Shown here in pieces: positions 1 through 6,260 of a stretch of DNA of 59,082 nucleotides. The stretch lies in the NCBI GenBank assembly GCA_029263355.1, contig JAJCXQ010000499.1:1-59082 (forward strand). Direction: 5' to 3'. Made by a program: the position numbers and the translations under genes. Origin of the DNA: Acidobacteriota bacterium. Its GTDB lineage: Bacteria; Acidobacteriota; Thermoanaerobaculia; Multivoradales; J023. The notes beneath the pieces were generated by a model. It saw only the letters and a list, made by a program, of their open reading frames with translations. It ran no database searches and was not told the origin of the DNA. Every line of letters starts with the position of its first letter. Positions within the stretch are counted from its first letter, which is position 1.

Positions 1-186
1 CACAATTTCGGCACCCACCACCGGCCGGATCACCCCCGTCGCCGTCACCGTGCGGTCGAGCGTGCCGCGGCCGACCCGTGTCGTCTCATAGGCTGCTTCG
101 GCGGGGGTGGCATCCTTTTGCCATAGGAACGTTGCTGCAACCGTGATCAGCACCGCCGCGCCGAATCCAATCTGTGTTTTGTTCAT
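1..186 (-). CDS. efflux transporter periplasmic adaptor subunit (HlyD/MacA-type), N-terminal part only; the gene runs off the left window edge
   Basis: Absent from the ORF track because it is open at the edge. The reverse complement of 1-186 reads MNKTQIGFGAAVLITVAATFLWQKDATPAEAAYETTRVGRGTLDRTVTATGVIRPVVGAEIV. This is a TM anchor followed by the Y-x-T-x-x-V-x-RG-x-L-x3-V-x-ATG-x-I-x-P pattern typical of membrane-fusion proteins. Confidence 0.6.
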   Translation of the reverse strand, partial: MNKTQIGFGAAVLITVAATFLWQKDATPAEAAYETTRVGRGTLDRTVTATGVIRPVVGAEIV

Positions 187-317
187 CCTGTCCTCAACAC
201 CGTCGTTCAACTCGGGTTGACCCTCTGGCCACACCCACGACGATAGCGAGGAGATGTCGTCTCGGTTTGACGGACTTGTCACAGGATGTAACGGTCTCAG
301 ATGTCTTGCTCGGTCGC

Positions 318-377
318 TGAGTCGCCACTCAGTGAGTCGCCACTCAGTGAGTCTAGACTCAGTGAGTCGTGACTCAG
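318..377. promoter_or_regulatory. four head-to-tail 15-bp operator-like palindromes (TGAGTC-N2-GACTCA) upstream of the ATPase gene
   Basis: Units are at 318-332 and 333-347 (tgagtcgccactcag, identical), 348-362 (tgagtctagactcag, containing a perfect 14-bp palindrome) and 363-377 (tgagtcgtgactcag). A fifth half-site TGAGTC lies at 402-407, abutting the ATG at 408. A possible promoter has -35 tagact at 354-359, an 18-nt spacer and -10 taagat at 378-383. The RBS aaggagg is at 394-400. Confidence 0.6.
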
Positions 378-407
378 TAAGATAGATATCGCCAAGGAGG
401 CTGAGTC

Positions 408-1796
408 ATGGACGATTTCATCGGCCGCAAGAAAGAGCTACAGACCCTTACGGAGGCATGGGAGTCGCCGGGTAGCGGCTTCATACCGATCTACGGGCGC
501 CGACGGGTGGGCAAAAGTGAGCTCATTCTGAGCTTTCTCCGAAGCAAGACTGCGCTCTACTTTGTGGGCAAGCGAGCTCCCGAAGGGCTTCAGATCCGAG
601 AGTTTCTGCAGGTGGCTGCAACAGTCGTCGACGAACCTCTATTGGCGACCTACCCGGCTAGCAGTTGGGCGGATGCGATCGATGCCGTGTTGGCTCGAAG
701 GCCCAATGGCGAAAAGCTGGTCTTGGCGTTCGACGAGTTTCAGTGGATCGTCGAGGCCAGCCCCGAGCTGCCGTCGATTCTGCAAGAGAGATGGGATCGA
801 GACTGGCAGAGGTCTGAAGATGTCCTGCTCATTCTTTGCGGCTCGTATATCGGATTTATGGAGCGAGAGGTGCTTGGGCGCAAAAGCCCTCTATTCGGTC
901 GGCGAACGGCCCAGATCCTCTTGCGACCTTTCGACTATCGGGAAGCGGGTGAGTTTCATCCCGACTACTCGCTAGTCGATCGGGCGCGAACGTACTTTGT
1001 TTGCGGCGGGGTGCCGTTTTACCTTCGAATGTTCTCGCAGCGCCAGTCGTTCGAGATGAACCTCACCAATCAGCTTCTCGACGAACATGCGGCTCTCCAT
1101 CGTGAGCCGGATTTCTTACTGCGTGAAGAGCTGCGCGAAACCGAGAGCTACTACGCCGTGTTGCTGGCGATCGCCGGTGGCCACCAGCGGGCGCACGATA
1201 TTGCCCGTGTCAGCGGAATACCGGCCGGCAGCCTGCCCTACTATCTAAAACAGCTCACTGAGCTCGGCTACGTGGCGCGGCGGTATCCGTTGATCGACGG
1301 CCGTCGAAACCCCCGCAGCGTCCGTTACGACTTCGACGATCCGTTACTGCGGTTCTGGTTCCGGTTCGTTTTTCCGCAACAGAGCCAGCTCCGGCGTTTG
1401 GGCCCCGAGCGTGCATTCCTAGAGCGCGTCGAGCCTCGGCTCGATGCCTACCTGGGTTATTGCTTCGAGCGCCTGTGCCGCGAAGCTTTACCATGGCTGT
1501 ATGAGAGAGAAGGGGTCCACGCCTCGTACGAAGTTGGCGAGTATTGGTCCAAACAAGTCCAGATCGATGTCGTGGGGTGGCGCGCCGATGGATGGACAGA
1601 TCTTGGCGAATGTAAGTGGGGCGTTGTGAAGTCGGCAACCGAGCTGGAGCGTGAGCTGGCGGCAAAGATCGAGAAGTACCCGAATCGTCGCAACGCGACC
1701 CTCGGTCAACGGGTGTTCACCCGTCAGCCAAGACCGGGTGACGACGATCGTTCGTCGAACACTCGCTGGCATACGTTGGAGGATCTTTACGTTTGA
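408..1796 (+). CDS. AAA-type ATPase with a C-terminal DUF234-like domain (archaeal-ATPase/ATPase_2 family)
   Basis: Walker A is YGRRRVGKSELI and Walker B is LVLAFDEFQ. The C-terminal segment EYWSKQVQIDVVGWRADGWTDLGECKWG is typical of DUF234. A strong RBS (aaggagg) lies 7 nt upstream of the ATG. Confidence 0.8.
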   Translation: MDDFIGRKKELQTLTEAWESPGSGFIPIYGRRRVGKSELILSFLRSKTALYFVGKRAPEGLQIREFLQVAATVVDEPLLATYPASSWADAIDAVLARRPNGEKLVLAFDEFQWIVEASPELPSILQERWDRDWQRSEDVLLILCGSYIGFMEREVLGRKSPLFGRRTAQILLRPFDYREAGEFHPDYSLVDRARTYFVCGGVPFYLRMFSQRQSFEMNLTNQLLDEHAALHREPDFLLREELRETESYYAVLLAIAGGHQRAHDIARVSGIPAGSLPYYLKQLTELGYVARRYPLIDGRRNPRSVRYDFDDPLLRFWFRFVFPQQSQLRRLGPERAFLERVEPRLDAYLGYCFERLCREALPWLYEREGVHASYEVGEYWSKQVQIDVVGWRADGWTDLGECKWGVVKSATELERELAAKIEKYPNRRNATLGQRVFTRQPRPGDDDRSSNTRWHTLEDLYV

Positions 1797-1829
1797 TTCG
1801 TTTCGAATCGATCATGCTAGAGTCGGTTT

Positions 1830-2432
1830 ATGGGACGTGAGGCACTGATCGACTCCTCAGGCTCGGCTGAGCTCACCCTCGCCGAGTGGTACGAGCTACC
1901 CGAGGAAGAATCCGGTGAGTTGGTTGACGGCCGCCTGGAGGAGGAAGAGGTGCCGGATTTTGTCCATGAATTTCTCGTCGCCTTGATGGCTCAGATCTTC
2001 GCCAATTGGGTGATCCCTCGCGGTGGCGTGGTCGGTGGCTCGGACGCCAAAGTTGCGGTGAGCGAGAAGCGGGGCCGGAAGCCCGATCTGACCGTATACT
2101 TCTCAGGCAGCGTGCTGCCGCCGCGGCGCGGCCTTGTCCGCGTTCCGCCCGACATCGCGGTCGAGATCATCTCCCCCAAACCGCGCGACACACGCCGGGA
2201 CCGCGTAGACAAGCTCGCCGAATACTCGGCCTTCGGCATCCGCTTTTACTGGCTGGTCGATCCAGAGCTTCGCACGGTGGAGATTCTCGAGCTCGGGGAC
2301 GATGGCCGCTATGTCCACGCGGTTGGGGCCGCGTCCGGGATCATCGATCCGGTTCCTGGATGCGACGATCTCGTCGTCGATCTCGATCAGCTCTGGCAAA
2401 CGATCGATCGGCTGGCACCGGCTGAAGACTAA
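1830..2432 (+). CDS. Uma2 family endonuclease (DUF820, restriction-endonuclease-like fold)
   Basis: The family signature is PPDIAVEIISPKPRDTRRDRVDKLAEYSAFGIRFYWLVDPELRTVEILEL, which supplies the D...E-x-K core and the YW-x-VDP motif. Confidence 0.8.
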   Translation: MGREALIDSSGSAELTLAEWYELPEEESGELVDGRLEEEEVPDFVHEFLVALMAQIFANWVIPRGGVVGGSDAKVAVSEKRGRKPDLTVYFSGSVLPPRRGLVRVPPDIAVEIISPKPRDTRRDRVDKLAEYSAFGIRFYWLVDPELRTVEILELGDDGRYVHAVGAASGIIDPVPGCDDLVVDLDQLWQTIDRLAPAED

Positions 2433-2759
2433 ATCCGAAACCCCAAGGGCTTGAAAAGCTGGCTCCACAGTCTGGCGCCAAAATTTGATCCGATCGCCCG
2501 TCCAAGGTAACCTCTCTTTCGAATCCATCTATTCGGAGGATCCTCCGGTGTTCTTGTTCCAGTTCGTATAGCCCCACCCCACAACCTTCGCCACCTCGGC
2601 CGATCTGTGTCTGATCGAAGTCGATCACCCCTACCTACCCGAGGCGCGAGGAATAGGTTCGCCTTTCCGGACTGTTGTCCGCTGCTTGGGGCAGTCGTCC
2701 GTTTTCAACCTGTGATCCGTCTCTTCTGACGCATCCGCGGCGAACCCTGTCCGCGGCGT

Positions 2760-2775
2760 GAGACCGGCCGGTCTC
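2760..2775. repeat. 16-bp perfect palindrome GAGACCGGCCGGTCTC with flanking CCGCG/CGCGG arms
   Basis: Read directly. The core is gagaccggccggtctc at 2760-2775, with outer arms ccgcg (2751-2755) and cgcgg (2778-2782). It lies immediately 5' of the large ORF. The same GAGACC/GGTCTC arm recurs in the hairpins at 5791-5966. Confidence 0.7.
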
Positions 2776-2782
2776 CGCGCGG

Positions 2783-5773
2783 TTGCCTCGTGCTTCGCAA
2801 CTGGAGTCGAGCACGATGGATGTGTACGTGGGAGCACCGGCTTGCCCGGGCTCTGATCAATCGGATTTTGAAATTGCTCGGGGAGCTGTTGAGCTCGGCG
2901 AGCTCAACCAGGCGCGATCTCGCCTGTGCTCGCCGCGTTGGCGACTTCATTCTTTGCTGGCTTTCTTTCCTGTCGCCCGAAGACTCGGGGCTTCGACTCT
3001 GGCCATGGAGCGCGAGGTCCGCGTTTGTCTGGAGACGATCCTGGCGCGTCAACGGGTGGGCTGTGGCATGGTCCTGGCGCGACGGATCCAATCGGATCTC
3101 TTGACTTGGACCTCAGAGGATTCGGTGGCGCCAGGTCACCTGCAGGCCTTGGCGGTGATGTTGTCTCAGCCTCATGGTCAGCCGACCCTGCGTTATGTGC
3201 GAACGCTGCTCGAGGCCGGTCGGGTAACAGAGGCGCGGGCGTTTGCGGACAACCTACAAGAGGTGAAGGTGCGTCATCACGCCTTGCGGCTGACCGCTTC
3301 CGGTCTGTGGCGGGCCGGAGGTGGGCGGTGCTTCGTCGGCCCGGCCTTCTCGAAGGACTTCCTGCCTAGCCTGGAACGTTTTTTCGCGATGACGGAGACG
3401 CTGGGCTCCGCGCCTTCGGTCAACGGTGTCCATCTCGTGACCGCGGAGCGACTGTTGGCGGGCCTCAAAGGTGCGGAGCGCCAGCAGGCGTTGGCCTATT
3501 GGGCGCCGATCATGTATCGCGCCTGCGGACGTCGGCAGGCTGAACAGGTGGTGCGCGCCATCCGTTATCAAAGCCGGCTCCAGCAGGCTCGGTTCCTGGT
3601 GTTGCAACAGGCCCTCGACGCAGGTTCCTTGGAGGACGCTTGGAGGCTTCTCGAGCCGATGGCTGGAGTTTACCGTGAGCGTGGGTGCCTGCACCTTGCC
3701 GACGCGTTGATCCGACGCGGCGACGGGTGTCGTGCTCGGCGATTGCTAGCACGCGTAGTCCACAAACCTTTGCAGGCTGAGAGGACCTTGTTGTTTCGGG
3801 CGTCTGAGCTCGGATCCGTCACCGGCAATGTGGATCGTCTGAAGAGAAGCTATGGTCGATGGCTGGCAGCGCGGCCGCAACAATGTGAGGATCTGTCAGC
3901 GTTTGATCGCTTGTTGCCGACGCTCGCTAGCCGCTGGATCTTGTTGGCTCTGCGCACTGGCTGGCGTGGATCCAACGGTGGCTCAGTGGAGATTCCTGAT
4001 TGGGTCCGTTGGCGCGACCTGCAGCAGTTGACGACGGATCGTCGTGGCCTGCGCTCGTTGTTAGCGCATGTCGACGATCACCAAGTCGACCTGCGGCACG
4101 TTCTGCGTTCCATGCGACGGATCGCCGGGGACGTTGATCAGCCGATCTGGAGCGAGCACCTCTGTTGCCGAGCGGAGCTCTTAGCGGCAACTCTCGATCA
4201 ACCCCGGCGCTCAACGGGTCGCGATCTAAAGACATCGCAGATCCTGGTCCGAGGATTACGTGGCCACTCGGAAGGGGCCAATCTGTCGACAGCGGCGGAT
4301 TCCCGGGATAGGTGTGCGTGGGATGAAGGGGTGTCGCTCTCTCCGCGAGCGCTACGTCGTCGTCGGGTTCTTTTGCAAGCGACCAAGTGGTGTCTCAAGA
4401 CGTGGTTACAGGGCGGTGAGCCGGTGCCAGCCGAAACGGTGAGGTCGCGCCTGAGGGTCCTCACCAACCTGGAGGGTGGTCTTGCGATCGGTGTTTTGGA
4501 GCGGGCATTACGACCCGTTCGTGCGCCGTCCTCCGGCTACGTCACGATATTCTTCACTCTGGTCTCGCTGGCTCCACGACGGGCCGCGGAGCTGGTCTTT
4601 GGAGACCATCTGACGCTGTTCTTCGAGGAGATCAACAAGGCGAGAGAGCTGCTGCTCGAGTTGGAGGACCATCGCGTCCTGGAGTCGGGATTCACTGAGC
4701 TCTGGTTGATGTTGATGCGCCGGGTCCGGGCTCGATTTGGTGTCGAGCGCGGTCGTGAATGGTTATGTGAGCTGATGGATGCATGGCCGGCCGCTTCACG
4801 GATTCCGACGCTGGCGGCGGTGCGATGTTGTTTGGCGGATACTGTCGACAACTTGACGGTGACCGGTGATCGGTTGATTGCTCGGGCGGAGCGGCGCCTC
4901 GTCGACCTGACGGGGACGCCGACGTCCAAACTTCCCACCGCGTTGCTCGACGACCCCAATGCGTTGGCGCGTTTCGATTGGCTGCGACCCGGCTGGCTGT
5001 TGAGCAACACCGCTGGCCGGACCGACCAGGATCGCCGCGCAGACCTCGAGGTTTTGCGCGGAACCCGCGGCGATATCGACCCGCTGCCGATACGAAAGCT
5101 GGCCCGCAGCCTGTCGCTGGAAGCGGGTCAACAGCAAATCACCCGTCGTTGGCTCGCGGGGGCATATCCTTGGCCCGATCGGTCTTCTGCGGTTGAGCTT
5201 CCGGAGCTGGCAGGGTTGGCGCGGTACCGGGTTCGGTTCCTCGACAAACGTCAAGATCTGTTCACCTATCTCCATTTTGCAGACTGCGTACCCTGTTGCT
5301 TCAACCGAGCCAACCGCTACTTCAAGCAATGGGGGCTCAGGCAGTGGGTGCTGGCGTTGTGGAAGGATCCGTTGTCCTTCTGCTTTCATGTCGAGCGTTT
5401 GGTCGACGAAAGGCAGTGGCGGCCGTGCGGTTTTGTTTTCGGCAGCTACGCGTTGTGCCAGGCAACTCCGGCGGTGCTGCTCAACGGCATCTACCTGCAT
5501 CGCAAGCATGAACAGCTGCGGGCGGAGATCCTGCACGCGATCGAAGAGATGTTCTGCCGACCGCTGGGGGTGCGCTGGGTCGCCATCGCCAACCGCTACG
5601 GAGGCTGCGGCAATCTGCCCGAAACCTATGTGCTTCGCTCTGTCATCGTGCAGCGACTGCGCGCCTTGAGATTCAAGGGTCGGCCGGTCACAGCGATTTA
5701 TGACGACATCTCCTGTGAAGTCAATCAGACGATGTTGATGTCACACCTCTACTGGCGCAACTTACGAGAGTAG
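2783..5773 (+). CDS. large hypothetical protein (996 codons): helical-repeat-like N-terminal region plus a Cys-rich C-terminal domain of unknown function
   Basis: The ORF is uninterrupted for 996 codons, with only short competing ORFs. The start is uncertain: TTG at 2783, or the first ATG at 2816, which has GGAG at 2803-2806. The N-terminal ~800 aa are Leu/Arg/Ala-rich. The C-terminal ~170 aa contain HFADCVPCCFNRANRYF, SFCFHVERL, VLLNGIYLHRKHEQLRAEILHAIEEMFCRP and GGCGNLPETY. I recognise no Walker A, HExxH or nuclease motif. Confidence 0.7.
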   Translation: MPRASQLESSTMDVYVGAPACPGSDQSDFEIARGAVELGELNQARSRLCSPRWRLHSLLAFFPVARRLGASTLAMEREVRVCLETILARQRVGCGMVLARRIQSDLLTWTSEDSVAPGHLQALAVMLSQPHGQPTLRYVRTLLEAGRVTEARAFADNLQEVKVRHHALRLTASGLWRAGGGRCFVGPAFSKDFLPSLERFFAMTETLGSAPSVNGVHLVTAERLLAGLKGAERQQALAYWAPIMYRACGRRQAEQVVRAIRYQSRLQQARFLVLQQALDAGSLEDAWRLLEPMAGVYRERGCLHLADALIRRGDGCRARRLLARVVHKPLQAERTLLFRASELGSVTGNVDRLKRSYGRWLAARPQQCEDLSAFDRLLPTLASRWILLALRTGWRGSNGGSVEIPDWVRWRDLQQLTTDRRGLRSLLAHVDDHQVDLRHVLRSMRRIAGDVDQPIWSEHLCCRAELLAATLDQPRRSTGRDLKTSQILVRGLRGHSEGANLSTAADSRDRCAWDEGVSLSPRALRRRRVLLQATKWCLKTWLQGGEPVPAETVRSRLRVLTNLEGGLAIGVLERALRPVRAPSSGYVTIFFTLVSLAPRRAAELVFGDHLTLFFEEINKARELLLELEDHRVLESGFTELWLMLMRRVRARFGVERGREWLCELMDAWPAASRIPTLAAVRCCLADTVDNLTVTGDRLIARAERRLVDLTGTPTSKLPTALLDDPNALARFDWLRPGWLLSNTAGRTDQDRRADLEVLRGTRGDIDPLPIRKLARSLSLEAGQQQITRRWLAGAYPWPDRSSAVELPELAGLARYRVRFLDKRQDLFTYLHFADCVPCCFNRANRYFKQWGLRQWVLALWKDPLSFCFHVERLVDERQWRPCGFVFGSYALCQATPAVLLNGIYLHRKHEQLRAEILHAIEEMFCRPLGVRWVAIANRYGGCGNLPETYVLRSVIVQRLRALRFKGRPVTAIYDDISCEVNQTMLMSHLYWRNLRE

Positions 5774-5794
5774 CGCGCCACATCAAAAAAGGTC
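5774..5794. repeat. left copy of a 21-bp direct repeat (cgcgccacatcaaaaaaggtc); relic copy of the 3' end of the gene at 6249-7694
   Basis: It is identical to 6240-6260. On the minus strand the copy and its flank read ...GDGDLF-stop. This matches the true C-terminus at 6249-6269 (TMGDGDLF-stop) but uses different synonymous codons (ggc gac gga gac versus ggt gat ggc gac). Confidence 0.8.
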
Positions 5795-5966
5795 TCCGTC
5801 GCCCGCAGAGACCCCGTTTGAGCCTCGATCCTGCTCTCCTCAACGTCCCGACACCCCGATTTATCGTCGATCCTGCTCTCCCCACCGTTCGGAGACCCGG
5901 ATCGAGCGTTAATTGCGGTCTCCCCAACGTCCAGAGACCCGGATCGACGCTCGATCCGGGTCTCTG
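5791..5966. repeat. about 4 phased 42-bp degenerate repeats, each carrying GAGACC/GGTCTC-type hairpin arms; the last unit is a perfect 16-bp-stem hairpin (5932-5966)
   Basis: The (G/C)TCTC(C/T) unit ends fall at 5797, 5839, 5881, 5923 and 5965, an exact 42-bp phase. The string tcgatcctgctctcc occurs at 5825-5839 and again at 5867-5881. The hairpin cagagacccggatcga-cgc-tcgatccgggtctctg spans 5932-5966. Confidence 0.8.
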
Positions 5967-6021
5967 AGCCTGAAGGACTGCGGAATCGACGCTCAGGCGG
6001 AATGTTGGAGCGGGGCAAAAT

Positions 6022-6151
6022 GTGTGACGGTGTGACGGTGTGACGGTGTGACGCGGTTTCATACCGACAGAACTTTTCGTTTTCTCTTCCGAAGCCAAAT
6101 AACGTATTTCATATGGGTTGGAATCTGCGTCACACCGTCACACCGTCACAG
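6022..6151. repeat. (GTGTGACG)x4 and its inverted complement (CGTCACAC)x3 flanking a 74-nt AT-rich spacer
   Basis: Four perfect 8-mers lie at 6022-6053. The units cgtcacac, cgtcacac and cgtcacag lie at 6128-6151. Together they allow a stem of about 24 bp. The spacer at 6054-6127 is much more AT-rich than its surroundings. Confidence 0.85.
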
Positions 6152-6239
6152 ACCAGGCGATACCTTGACGGGTTTTGGTGAGCTCTTGGGCCGACGGGTC
6201 GGAGGCTCATGAGGATCGAGACTCGGAATGTTGTCACAC

Positions 6240-6260
6240 CGCGCCACATCAAAAAAGGTC
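6240..6260. repeat. right copy of the 21-bp direct repeat; overlaps the last codons and stop of the GNAT-fusion gene
   Basis: It is identical to 5774-5794. It contains the stop codon (tca on the + strand at 6249-6251) of the minus-strand gene at 6249-7694. Confidence 0.8.

Noticed and set aside
562-1772. Several 60-137-aa alternative-frame ORFs inside the ATPase gene
   Set aside because: They are nested in a gene with clear Walker A/B and DUF234 motifs and have no independent support.
2341-2628. 95-aa minus-strand ORF in the gap between Uma2 and the large ORF (possible gene remnant)
   Set aside because: It has no recognisable motif, overlaps the Uma2 3' end and spans the 14-bp palindrome. 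It is kept only as part of the structured-leader observation.
5721-6098. 125-aa and 89-aa minus-strand ORFs across the repeat-rich intergenic region
   Set aside because: Their apparently repetitive peptides (DPGLWTLGR..., SRIE...) are just the translation of the 42-bp DNA repeats. They have no start context and span hairpins.
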